The notes under the pieces are model-generated. The model saw nothing but the letters and a program-made list of their open reading frames with translations. It was not told where the DNA came from and did not search any database. Position numbers and translations under genes: made by a program. A stretch of 62,959 nt of DNA, filler included, from Intoshia linei (Eukaryota > Animalia > Orthonectida): NCBI GenBank assembly GCA_001642005.1. It is 11 parts of 11 records of this genome, joined end to end, with 100 filler letters (N's around TTAATTAATTAA, not from the genome) between each part and the next. Parts side by side here need not be neighbours in the genome. Positions count along the whole stretch, not along the records: positions 15,173 to 45,938 come from LWCA01000351.1; 10 more parts are not named here. One strand, given 5' to 3'. The stretch's first letter is position 1; each line of letters begins with the position of its first letter. This document shows, one piece after another, positions 26,274 to 40,000 of the stretch.

Positions 26274-27768
26274 ATGGTTCAGACGAAAGTTTATATTGGT
26301 ACGCGTGGAAGCCAGGTATATAATAAACAATTAAAATTAAAATATTCAATTAGTTGGCAAGATTACAAACCCAATATGTAATTGACCTATTGAAAACAAA
26401 CCACAGCGACATTATATATGAAACAGGTAAAGTTTCTACATATGGACGTAACTTTTTTTAGTCATTATCGATGCTACTGCTGACAAAGACCAATTATATT
26501 CAATATTTTCTGTGAGTTGAAGCTATTTACGTATTAATATATTGTAGAGAACCAATATAAACATATTTACAAAAGAATTAGAAAATAGCCTCATGTTGTC
26601 CAAGGTTGATTTTGTAGTTCATTCTTGTAAAGACTTGGCTTCATTCATGGATGCACGATTGGCAATTGGCGCTATAGTCAAGTACATATACAAAATATTT
26701 ACATTCTATTTGATTAAAGTTTAATTTAAACTCAATGTATAGACGAGAAGACCCTCGAGATGTAGTGATAATGAAAAAAGATTCCGTTTATAAAAAAATT
26801 TCCGAATTACCACCTGGAGCGTAGTGTCGTTTTTTTAAAAATTTATTTTATTTTAGAGTTCTGGGTACGTCTTCAATAAGGAGAATGTCGCAACTAAAAA
26901 AATGCCACCCCCACTTGAATTTCATGCCCATTGTATTATACTTTTATTAAAATTTATTCATCTTACTTGTTTAGAGAGGCAATGTTAACACACGACTCAG
27001 AAAACTCGACACTCAAAGTAATTACGACTGTCTAGGTACATATTTACATGTCATATTTTTATCGGTTTAGTTTTGGCTGCCGCGGGTTTACATAGACTAA
27101 GCTTAACTGATAGGATAACTGAGGTAATTTTCTGAATGAGTTAAATATCTTGTATCTAGTACCTCGATTCAAAAACTTGCATGTTCGCCCCGGGACAAGG
27201 TGCTCTAGCTGTACAATGCCGCTTTGAAGATAAATCAATGCTAAACATGCTTCGAGATATTTGCGATTTCAATGCAACTGCGCAAATCATCGCGGAAAGA
27301 AGCCTATTCAAATATCTGGTATCTATAATATTGATTTGTACATGGTTTCTAGAATAGTGGTTGCGTATCTCCCTTGGGCGTTCACTTTGTAGATGTGGAC
27401 AATACGGTTTGTATTTTAGTATAAACTTTCAACAAGTTTAGGTCAACTTGAGAGCTAGTGTTGTGAGCCTGGATGGACAAATATATGCAGAATGTGAACA
27501 TCGCTACGACATAAAAAATCGAACTGAAGAAAAAAACAAGACCACAGATGTAGTTATTGAAGAGGTTCAAATATTCCATATTTTAATATTATTTTTAATT
27601 TTTAAAAAATAGGATTCAAAAATGTTTACCGGAGTCTATATTCATGATATGGATCGAGCGTCAATGTTATCGGCACAACAATGTGGTGAAAGACTATCTG
27701 GTTTATTGGTGCACAAAGGAGCAAAACGAATAATTTGCGATGCAATCAAACAATCTCAAAATATATAA
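26274..27768 (+). CDS. HMBS: Porphobilinogen deaminase (hydroxymethylbilane synthase)
   Basis: IGTRGSQLA, FTKELE, VHSCKD, REDPRD, GTSSIRR, RGNVNTRLRKLD, LAAAGL, APGQGALA, AERS, SGCVSP (cofactor Cys). Confidence 0.95.
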
Positions 27769-27898
27769 AATTCACACCAAATGTAAAGATGTAGATTTAT
27801 ATCTAATTTTGTTTATTATATTTTGCACCATAGTGTGTAATAAACTTTATCATTTTTTATAAATCTCCTGGTGATGTATTTATTAAAATTGGCGCAAT

Positions 27899-29119
27899 AT
27901 GAATAAATCTCAACTGAAAAAAGAATTTTTTCAAATTCAGTGCAATCATGTAAATTTTAATTTTAGTGATTTTAATGAAATAAATTTTTAGTTGAAAGTA
28001 CAAAACAAATGCGAAAGACTAAGTATTAATTTAAATAACTTGAAACACGATTATTGGAAATTAAAATTGCAAGATGAAAATAGGGGAAATGTCAAGATGG
28101 AACGTAGTTTAATAGATGAAAGCGATATTGACATGTACGTACGCAAGGTTGCTGATTTAAAACAAACATTTTCACCCAGTAGTATGGTAAAATGCATTAA
28201 ATATACCAATAACAATGAATTAAAAAACTGTGAAGCTGAAAAATCATTTTGTAGCCTAATGAATCTAAAAAAACATTGCAATAAAACAAAAAATAAAATT
28301 AAAAACATTGCCCAAAAACAAGACATGAATGGATTAGATCCCATCTCAAATTTAGGAACTTGGTCATTTCAAAATTCATCCAATTACGAGATTTATTTGT
28401 CCAGAATGTACAACAAGTATAAAAATAAAATGAAACTGGGCCTTTTCCATTATTACAGGAACGAACGTGATATAAAGCAAGAAATTGACAAACCCAAACT
28501 TTTATCACGAATAGATTCTACTATTAATGATGACCAGTTTGCTCGAATGGAAGGCAATCTGAATTTAACCAAACAGGAAAAAAATGTATACCCACTCAAT
28601 AGTACATTTATAAATAAACTTTCTCCAAATTTACAATTACCCAAATTGAATATTAGTAACAGTTCAGAACCTACTCAAAGTACCATTTTGTCGCAAAGTG
28701 ATACGTGCACCCTGCTAAATTCGGAAACCACCGAATGTGAGTTCTCAATTGTTAGTGAGTTTATCAAGGACAAAACTGCAATCGAACGAGTCAATAATCT
28801 CATGACTAAAGAAATTGTTCCAATTAAAAAAAAGAGTAAAAAACATATCAAAAAGAGTTTTAGAAATTTGGATAACATAAGTAGCGAAGCTGTTCACGCC
28901 GTGTCAAATTCGTCTTACGATTCCAGTGTTAAACTGAGATTGAATAATATCTTGAAAGTGAGACGCACTAAAAAAAAACACAGACAATCACTGGTAAACA
29001 AAACGCGAATAGGATCAATTAAAAGAAAGATGAATATTTTTAGAACATTGGCATCGTCAAACAAAGCCAATGTAGAACAAACTCTTCTTCAAATATCCAC
29101 CCTGGCAGACAAGATTTAA
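27899..29119 (+). CDS. Uncharacterised basic, S/K/N-rich protein (exons 27899-27949, 27992-29119)
   Basis: 375-codon exon preceded by an in-phase 17-codon ATG exon and a 42-nt intron. Confidence 0.7.
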
Positions 29120-29192
29120 GTAATTTGCAATAGTTTGTGTACATTTTAAATAAATTTTTTTATGTATTTCATATCTAAAATATACAAGGGCT

Positions 29193-32100
29193 TCAAAACT
29201 GATCATAGTCAAATTGATCAATTAATTGTTCCGATTTATAAACGTAATTCATTCGTATTCGCACACGAACTTTTTTCTAAATTTTGATATAAAACGTTTA
29301 AACCACATTTACGCATTGTGGGTTTGAAATTGTTGCAGATTGTTCAATCGTAGTTTCCAGATTTTTCATCAAATTGGACGAATTGGCGCAACCCAGTTCT
29401 ACGGATATGTTCTAATGGTAGATTTTAATAATTTTAAACATTCATTTACCTTTGGTACGGCAATTTTTAACTGGAAATCTGTTATATTTTCAAAAGACGT
29501 GTTTGAAATAAACATTTTTAAAAATACTTTCGTGGAGGTTGAATCCGCGTTAAATTTTACTGTTACACCATGGCTGTTTGTATAAACTTGCTTTGCAGTG
29601 TCAAGAGGTGCGGAATTTTCATTAAGAAAATTCAATGAGTTTATGTTGGGTTCGTTGTTTTTTGGTGTGGTACTTAACGTGTCAAACAAGTTCATAATAT
29701 CATTGTTTTTCGTTATTGTATCTATAGACGTTTTTGGAAGTGAATCGAAAATATCTATGAGATCGTTTCTTTTTGAAGTAGATACACTATTTGATACATC
29801 ATTTGTAAATAGGTTGAGATTATCTGATTCCCCATTAACTAATTCGTTGTTTATTTCATTTTCAATCTTTCGTGGTAATATAGGAAGTCTTTCCAATAAA
29901 TCGTCTTTGATGGATTCATACTGAGAAACGATTTTGTTATATTCCAATGATCTTTGTTGTAATTCTACGGCACGGGATTTTTTAAATATACTAATAATTT
30001 CATATAAATGACTACTATTATTTTGGGACAATCTAGACGTCAACTTCAAAGCTGAAGTGAGGGAAAAATTTTTTGCAGAATCAGACACAGAATTAGAAGA
30101 AAGCACATTTTGTATGAATTTAATCAAATGCCATTCCTTAATTATTCTTTGAGGTTTTAGACTATTTGTAGGCTCATGGTTAAGCAAAGAGTCTTGTTCT
30201 TCCAACAATAAATCACCATATTCTCCAATTGTCCATGATGTGATTTTCAGCAATGGATTGAATGCAGTTATGACTAGTTTACAATTGGGGTTACCAAAAT
30301 CTACTGTTTTACTTGTAGCTTCTATAAACAAGAGGTATGTAGCATACGTCTGTAGTTCAGTAGATTCAGATAACATTTGAATAAAGGATGACACAACATC
30401 GTCTCTAACTGCATCACCCGCCTTTGCTAACACCTCCGTTACGGTTTGGAAATACCATTTTTTGTCAGTGGCGTGTCGTTCAGACACTAAAATGATACCA
30501 CTAGCACAATCACTTTTTAACTGCTGATTATTAGTATTCATGAAGACAATCAATTCTGCTACAATAGATTTCACTGTGTTTTTATTTATCAAAGCAAATG
30601 ATAGTTCCATTGCCCTACGTTTTATAATTTCACCTCCTTCTTTCAGTGAATCCATAATAGTTGACCGATGACGCTGTACTGACTTGTAATCTACATTGAC
30701 TACAGATAATAGAGAATTTAAGGCAATGTATCGGATATTTGAGTCTATATGAACTAAAAACCGTCCCAGAATGTTGATAGCTAAAGTCTAAAATAAAAAT
30801 TACTTACTAGTTACTTAGTAAACTTTAATTAAAAATAGATGATATAATGCAGCCACTTACAACGTGGTCCAGAAAAAATTTGGGGATCACTGATAAAATC
30901 TACATAATCTATAGCAACCATTCTTAACAGGGTACATGTGGACCCTGGGGTCCAGAGAAGTTTTTTACAGTCCATGAAAAATTTTATATAAGTAAAGAAT
31001 TGAATATTTGTGTTACCGTATATATAAAAATTAAAATATCCATCAAAATTTTTTGGGATTGTTATTTATGATAATGCTTATGATTTTAAAAACAATCACA
31101 GAATTTATGTTATATAAAAATTTAGGACTTTTTTCATTTTTAAAAAAAAGTTAATTAAGGGTTTTGAATATAATATTTAAGTTTCTGAGGTTAAGATTTA
31201 CGCCAATGTAATTTCCATAATATATTATTTTTGAAATATTTGCGCTGATTTTATTTTTAACAAAATAAAATTACTTTTTGACCGTGAAGAACTCAATTTC
31301 GGAAAATAAAATTTGAAATGATGCATCAGTCTTGAAAAGTTGTATTAGCAAGTGGGTTTTTTAAATAAACGGTAATACACACATATAAAATTTCATATAA
31401 TTAATGGATGTAATGTATATATTTTTTTGTGGATCGCCAGCGAAAAAGGTTGATAATACCTGATCTATAGCTCTTTTTTTTAACCACAAGTGTTTCACAA
31501 CCGATGGATCGCCGTCAAAAGTAAAGCTGAAGCATTGGTGTAAACTTTGTTAAATAAATTACTCTTAAATCTGGAGAAACATTAAGGTCGATTATAGTTA
31601 TGACTGCTTCGTACAATACTGCATTACCAATATTGCTATTCGCTGTATCTGTGTGAGTTAGAACCTAGTTTAAAAATAATTTATAACGATATATAATGGT
31701 AAGATAATTTTTAAAATGATTATCAAAAATTGATTTCTTAAATAAAATCACCTTCCTTTTATAAGGAAAACCACTTTGTAGTAAAAAAATTATCGATTTC
31801 GTTATACATCTCAGTAAACCCCTGCAACTGGTATGCTAAACTCGCGATGCGTCCAGACCTGGTGAAAGATAAAATAATGTCGAACATTAGATCCCATTAA
31901 AAATTTAATTTAAACATAAAGTTCGTCCATTAATTTGATTTTTGCATTGGTTTTGATTATACATCGTTAATATGTATGTCTAATGGTCAAAGGTTATACC
32001 AGCATTTCTGGTTTTATTACAAGCAAAATTAAAAAATTATTTCTAAATCTAAAAAATCTAAAAAATATTTTTATAAAATACATTATTGCAGAGTTCCAGA

Positions 32101-33758
32101 TGTTGAAATTTTATCCCAAAGCCTAGACGACGGCTAAATTATTATTTAAAAAAATCTCATTTTTATAAAACCATCAATAAAATTTAATAAAAAATACTAA
32201 TTCAAGCCCTTTATGTAAAAACCCCTTCCTACGATTTTAAAAAAAAGCCTTTTAATACAACCCTAAAATAAAAAATCCAACTTTACCAACACTTAAACTA
32301 AAACCTCTTTTCCGACATTTTTATGAAAACTTCGATTTTACCAAACCGCACGAGAAAAAAGTCTTAATCCAATGATTGGATTCCAATCACAAAATAAAAA
32401 ACCAAAACTTTAGCAACTTTAAAGGAAAAATCCCTTTTTCGAGCACTTGGTTCTAAACATTAAAAATTTGTCCGACTCACAAGCGTCATTGTATTCAGTT
32501 TACCATTTACAAATTAGTTATTTATATATTTAAAAAAATTTGCTGGTACCAGCAAATTTGTCACCCTTAGTAACGGTTAATATATATTTGATTTATATGT
32601 AAACACTAAAATTAGAAAATTACTTCAGTAAGTACATCAATCATTTTATCATTTATGATATTCCCGGATTTACCGAGAACGCGTAAAGCTTCAATAATTT
32701 TAATCTAAAAATTAGATAAATTTTATGATAAAAACCTGTAAGAAAGGATCAGTGATGCCTCCAATTTGGTACTCGGTAGCATACGAGACAGACCGTACCA
32801 GAGCACTGAGATTTCGAATAAGAATTGTGACACACTAAATAAAACTGATACATTACAAAAAATGTGTTACCGGTTTATATAAATTTGCATATTTTTTTGT
32901 GCTTTTCATAATTTCAATCAACAATGAAGTTCCAGCTACCTGTACTCCTAAGATTAAATTAATAGATAATTAAAGCCTTTTACCATGATTTTTATCTTCT
33001 AATAAAGCAAACACGGATGCATTGAAAATATCTACCATTTGTGGAACAATGCGAACCATTCTCACTGCACATAATGCAGCCTTTTAATAACGTTTTAAAA
33101 GTAAAATAATATCAACCTTTTTTCTAATATATGGATCTCCAGATTTCATCAATTCTTCTACACTTGAAGCAATATCCCTAGTCACGTCTACGGAGCAAAT
33201 ATTTGCAAGCGTTGTGATAGCCATTCCTACGATATAAGGTGAAGAGGTACTCGAAAGGTCACTAAAATTAATATTAACATTGAAAATAAAAAATAAGTAC
33301 TGCTTTAAAGAATTCGTTATTAATAATTGAACATCTTGTTTGTCATCCAATAAAAGCATTATACCTAAATATCCCATTCGTTTATCACCAAAATTTTCCG
33401 ATACTATCAATTTTAGACATTCCATCTAATAATTTTAAAAGTACAGAAAATAAAATAAAATTTCAAATATAAAATAAAAACAAATAAATGTCAATATTTT
33501 ATAATTTGAAACCAATACCTGTCCAAAATGAGCTGGGTAGCCAAGCATGTAAAAATATAACAATTTGGCCACATTCCGACACCGATACAATGAATTTTCT
33601 TCTCGAAAAAAGTCGCGAATGACAGCACACTCTTTTTGAACATATGCTCGTTCATCAGCTGCTGTTTTGCATAATCTCACTTCTCTAATTATATCTCGCA
33701 ATTTTTTTGATGTTTTAAATCTATTTTTAATTTTGGATATTGGACCAGAAGACTTCAT
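29193..33758 (-). CDS. AP1G1: AP-1 complex subunit gamma
   Basis: [50 protein letters not shown]; DPFLQ; [14 protein letters not shown]; ELQQRSLEY; C-terminal ear (F.LKIAVPK). Confidence 0.95.
31050..31408 (-). mobile_element. Helitron 5' portion in an AP1G1 intron
   Basis: A|TCCATTAATTATAT start on the minus strand; body similar to other copies. Confidence 0.55.
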
Positions 33759-34079
33759 CTTGAGCAAAATATCTATTTATTTTACAAACATAAACAAATA
33801 CATGTAATTCAACTATACTTTATTCTTAACGTCATAGATTTTTGTATTGATTCGTGGTATAGGTATATCATAAGGCACATGAATTGGTCTATAATACATT
33901 TAAAAATTATGATATTCATTCAGCTAATTATTTGTAGAGTTGTTGATGTTTATTTAAACAAAGGGTTAAATTGATAAACATCAACAGTAACTGTTACTGA
34001 TAAAAAAAGGCGAAGTTTATTTAAATATGATCCTAAGAAGATACAAAACGCATCGTAATATCGTCAATTTTTAAAAAAA

Positions 34080-37000
34080 ATGTCAAATAAGATTTATCGC
34101 CACAGATATTATTTGAGACGTTTGTGGAAAACAAATTATGGCCATATAGAAGTCAATGATAAGCCTATACCTAAATTTTTATTAGATGCCAGTATGTTAT
34201 TTACATTTTTATTTTTTAAATAGATTTCAATTTTGATAAAAGTGCATTTTCTTATTCTGGAGTTTTTACATGTATTTTTCACGTCAGGGAAAGAAAAGTA
34301 AAACTTTTCTTGAAATTGAATTTGACAATAAATACATATATATAATTTTAAAATTTAGATGTTAAAATAGAAAATGTAAATAAATGGACCAGTGATATTC
34401 TTCCTAAACCAGATAAATGGGTTTTACCTAACGACCCTCGATTTCATAAACAAGAATTAAAAAATGATATAAATTACCAAATCGAACCAGCTTATATTGT
34501 AACACAAAATATAAAATCTAGTGCAGGTATTTGCTTATTCTTACTTGTGTATATCAATTTTCAAATTGAAACAATGCAAATTTTTTTTGTATTTTATATT
34601 AAAGATTTGTTTTATAACAATTAGTTGAATACACTACATGTATTATGTTGTTTATGTTCATTGGGTGTGATCATGAAAATACTTTTTTGAAAATAAAGAA
34701 ACTAACATTTACACTAATTCAATCTGAATTCATATTTATTTTTCAAAATCATTAGCCCATTGCTGGCGGCCTCTTTGTACTTCGCCATACATCACAGTAA
34801 GATCATCGTTTAGTCCAGGGAGGGGCAACATACGGCCCGCGAGGTGTTTAGATCCGGCCCGAAATAATTTTTATTATAAAAATTATTTTTTAATTTATGT
34901 TTCTAAGTTGTACATTATAATTAAAATTAACATTAAGAGATTAAAAATTTACATAGTAACATATTTTTTCGTTTTAAATGGATTGTAGGTAAAAACGGTA
35001 CATACAAAAACGGCACAACTTAAATAATTAGAATTATATATTAATGAAAATACAATTGTATTGATATAATCACAACTTGTGATTCACAAGTAGAACATGA
35101 GATTAAATTTACGGAATGAGTGTATTATAAAAGATCTGAAAATTATGTTATTATTTATTACTAATTACAAACAAGATCTTATATTATAAGCAATTCCGCG
35201 TAGAAATAGAGACTAATAATTATAATAACCAATAATAAACACTTTTTAACAGCGTAACTCTATTTGTCACTACAAAAAATCATGTGTATTTTTAATTAGA
35301 ATTTATAATTTAATAGGATAAAACAATATTCTCTGGTGTGAACACTATAGAATATTTTTAATTTTTTTGTAATATTGTTTGTAGGTAAAGAATTAATCTT
35401 AATATTTCAGTTTTAACTTAGGTCTGTAGTGTATGAATTCTATAAAATCTAATAATAATAAGAATGAATCTAATATAGGTCAAATATTAAGTGAAATTGC
35501 GTTATATCAGTGTAGTTTCGGTATTTCATTGTATTGTATTTTCATTGCTATGTAATTATAATTATTTAACCTGTGCCGTTTTTGTAGATTACCCTTAAAT
35601 GAGCAAGACAATAAGAAAGAAAAAAGTGGACTCTGAATGCAGAATTTTCCAAAAATTATGCGAATTAGAATATTATTTTATGGAGCACTACAACAAACCT
35701 GTTTGTATAATTTTCCAAGAAAATGTTGCTGTTAATAAAGTGAATAACATCAAGCTTCATTATGAAAGCAAACATAAATCGACATTTCAAAAAATTCATG
35801 GAAATTTGAGACTAGACGAATTCAATAAATTTAAAAATGGTTTAAAAAAACAGGCTATTTTGTTCATGAATAGGGTTGCCAACTGCATTATTTTCCCCTG
35901 AGACTTCGGTTTTTCAAATTCAACTCAGGGTTCAAGGTTAAGTAATATTTCTCAGGGTAATTTAATTATTTCAATCAAAATCATCAGATCAGATATATTT
36001 TATTTATATGGGATGAATAAGCAATTGTATTTGATGTATAAGATGTGTAAACTGTTATTATTTTTTTAAAAAGAGAGCCCAAAAAAAATAACACGCTTCG
36101 CTAAAAATTCAGGTTGAGAATAACTTAATGTTGATAACCCTATTCACGAATAGGATGGGTACAGATAAAAATAATACTAATGCCAGTTGTTATTTCAAAA
36201 TTGATTGCTCAACGCATGAATCCGGTATCTGATGGAGAGTTTATTAAAGTGCTTAAGTTGCAGTTTTTGTCATAGGCGGAAATTACAAATTTGTAATTGT
36301 TGAAGAATTTTTTGAATTGATAGCTATGAAAGGGAATTGCACTGGAAGAGACATCTTTGATGCAATAATGAAAATGATCTCAAAAGAAATCTTAACAAAT
36401 GTAAATTTGTTGTCTGGTTTAGTCTAACTCATAAAAATAAAGTTATAAGGACATTAGCAATGAGATATTGACATTATGTACTAGCAGTAACCGATTGGTC
36501 ACTTTTCATGGACCCCTTGGGTCCAAAATGCCGGGTCTGTGAAATTGAACTTTAATATTAAAAAAATGTATCTATTTTTTGTTTTTTTTATAGAAATTAA
36601 AAGAATTATTATTAGAATTTTTGATATTTATTAGAGTTGCCGGGTGTTAGAAATTGATCTCATAACCTGGACATCCGCTACATTATTATTTAAAAAATCT
36701 CACTTTTATCCGACCATTAATAAAATTTAATGAATAAATACAATTTCAAACTCTTTGCAAAAAATCCACATTAAACCCATAAATAAAAAATATAATTTTA
36801 CCAAAAATTAATGGAAAAATCTCATGTTTCAATCTTTTTTTAAAATTCGATTTTGCAAAATTTTATGAGCAACAACGTTTGGATCCAAAATACGAAATTC
36901 AATTTTACCAAGCCTTAATGGAAAAATCCCCTTTTTCAATCTTTTTTGACAAACACCATTTTACCAAATCTTATGAGAAGACACCTTTAATTTTTTAATA

Positions 37001-40000
37001 AATGTTATATATTTCATGTTTCCTTTGGGGTCCTAGAATAGATACTTTGAAATGGAGGTTCATACATTATGTGAATCGGAACCAGTGTATTGGCGTTAAT
37101 ATGATATATATCGAACATAATATTTAAATACGATTATAAATTATAATAATTTATTCAGTTTTTTAACCTTTTTTAAATTCAGCACCCGGTTAGCCAGATG
37201 AATTATTTCCAGCATCCCTGTAAAATTTAAAAAAAGATACCTTAAAAGTCAATTTGAATTGAAAAAAAACTTGAATTTTAAAAATCGTATTTTATTGACA
37301 TTTTTAAAAACGACTCTATTAATATCGAATATAATCAATGAACACATTAATAAATGGTAAAATGAATATAGAACAGAGGTGTCAGACTCAATTTGCTTAG
37401 CCGGCCAAATATGAACAAAAATTAATATGCGAACCGCACAAAAAAATCTTTACTCAATCTTTCGAATACGATTAGATTTTATCGCAAATTTAATTTTCAG
37501 AAATTGATTCCTTCCGGATCAAAAACCACCATTATCCTTTTTTTAAAATCAAACGAATCCTATAATTATAAAAATATAATGTAAATATATATCTTATTGT
37601 ATAAATAAATAAATTTCATTTTTTTATAGAATTTTTTAGTCAAAATATAAAAAATAAAAATAATTTTTCTAGCACACCTGAAATTAATTCTAGCACCGGT
37701 TACGAAACAATGCAATAGATCGAATAGTATATTATGGTTATATCGTTACTATCATGATTTTTAAAATAAGGTGTTATGAAAATATGTACATTTAAAGCTA
37801 TGGTTATTTTCTAAGGTTTTAATATACTAGAAGTCGGTAAACTGCCAATGTATATAACTAACATAATATTCACACAATGTTCACATTTTTAACATCGATT
37901 TAATAAATTCAATGCGATGCGATTTTAAAAAAATATATGTGAATTATGGGGTTATCCCCTAAGCATTAGCAGGATATTCTAAAAAAAATATCTATAACCT
38001 ATAAATCGTTATAAAATATAATAATTTTTGTATAAACAAAGGGTCGTTGATCTTGTAGGTGAAGGACATATTCAATATTTATTAGCCTACATTATTAATT
38101 AAGTTTATTATATTATTATAATGTAATTTTGTAGGATTTCCGCAAGCCATGAATCTGACAAATACAGTAGTTAGTGATGAGTGTTTTCCAGAATATTTCA
38201 AGAATATATCACAAGTACCTAACGAAGGGATGGTAAATTTTGTGTTATATTTATTATTATATTTTTTTAATCGTATTTTATAAAAATATCTTATCATAAT
38301 CACACGTATTAGACGAAGTAATCATATCAGGGTTGTTAAACGTTTTTCTTTGCGTTGCAAAAAATATGTACTCATTACACTACCCAGTATAATTGTATAA
38401 TAAATGCAATGTTGGTGTAATATGATTAACATGGTAGGTTGTGCCACTTGACAATGTCAAGTTAATTCAATTAATTTACCTTTCTTTTTGGTTAAAATTA
38501 TGTAAATTGAGCAAAAAATATATAATATATATTGTCATAGTAAAATATTTAGATTTAGGCTAAATTTATTGACAATTTAATTTGTAATTTGTATTTTTTG
38601 ACATTAATTTAATGGAAAATGAAGAGAAGGAACAAGAAAATCAAAAATACATAAACATTGAAAACAACACATTATTTCAGTTAGAATCAATTGTTAGTGA
38701 AACCAAAAATGAATTGAAAAGAAAACCGTTCGCCAACACAAGTACTTTGAAATTTAATAAAACTGCAAAAAAGAAACGAATAAAATTAGAAACAGATGAA
38801 GAGTATTCTATTAGAAAACAATTGGAACTATCTGCAGAAAAAATGCAAAAAAAGGCTAAAATTTATGAAAAATTAAAATCCACCTTACCTGACGATAATG
38901 TTGATGAAATGTTTCTGGTAGACTTTCACAAGAAACATTATGAAGAACATGTTATAGGGAAAACTGGCACATTTAATGAAATTACAACCATGCCTGCTAA
39001 TAATTACAACAATATTTCAGAAAGTATAACAGAAAAACATCCGGTACGTAGCGTAATGTCTAGTAGAACAAACATGTTTGATGAACTTTTGAAAAAATGT
39101 GAAACTAGAGATGAACGTTTGGATAGGAAAAAAGATCAATGGAATCAAGAATACCACGAAGCAAAACAGCAACCTAATTATGATTTAGATTATGCCAATG
39201 TTAGATTTGATGAAGTTCGGGAACATGGTGTTGGATTTTATGAATTTTCAAAAGATTATGATGAACGTAAAGACGAACATGCATATTTAAATGATTTAAG
39301 ACAAAAAACTAAACAATCTCAAGAAAAAACTGCCGCCAATGCTATTACTAAAAACTTGGCTATGGAAAAGAGACTAAAGAAAATCCGCGACAAGCGTAAC
39401 TTGCAAGTTAGTGATTCAAAAATTCTTGAAATTATTAAAAAATCAGATCCCAAACCGGTATCCCATCAAGCTAATTCATTAGAACGTGAAGTTTAAATTT
39501 GTACACATGTAAATATTATATTAAACTGAATTTTTATGTTTTTAATGTGTCGAATATATCGTTGTTACGTTACATTATGTCGTTATAATCGAGTTTAATG
39601 TGGCAAACAGCCAACCTATTGGTCGATTTTGTCATATTTCAGAAGAAATTGAAAATTTAATAAATTTTTAATAATTATATTTAAATTCAACCGTGAATAC
39701 CCTAAATATCTTTAAATTTCATGAGAAGTAATTATTTTCTGTGTATTTGTGAATATTAAACAATTAAATATAATTAATTTTTCCTCTAGTTCAGCTTCCT
39801 TGTATTATGTCAGGGCTTTCCAATTATACATACGTCCGAATTTCGGAGTCGAACCTAAAATTGAAAAAATTGTTGTCTAATAGAATTTAATTTCTCTTAT
39901 CATAATTTTTAGATTCTAAAATTTTGATCTATGTAGTAAAAAAATGAATAATTCAATTAATGTCAACAGAAATATATATTTGAATTATGATTAAAGATGT

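Noticed and set aside
28051-29924. Several antisense ORFs (28051, 28299, 28453, 28675, 29340, 29598; also 25676, 27382, 20702, 19104)
   Set aside because: They overlap well-supported genes on the opposite strand and show no protein features.
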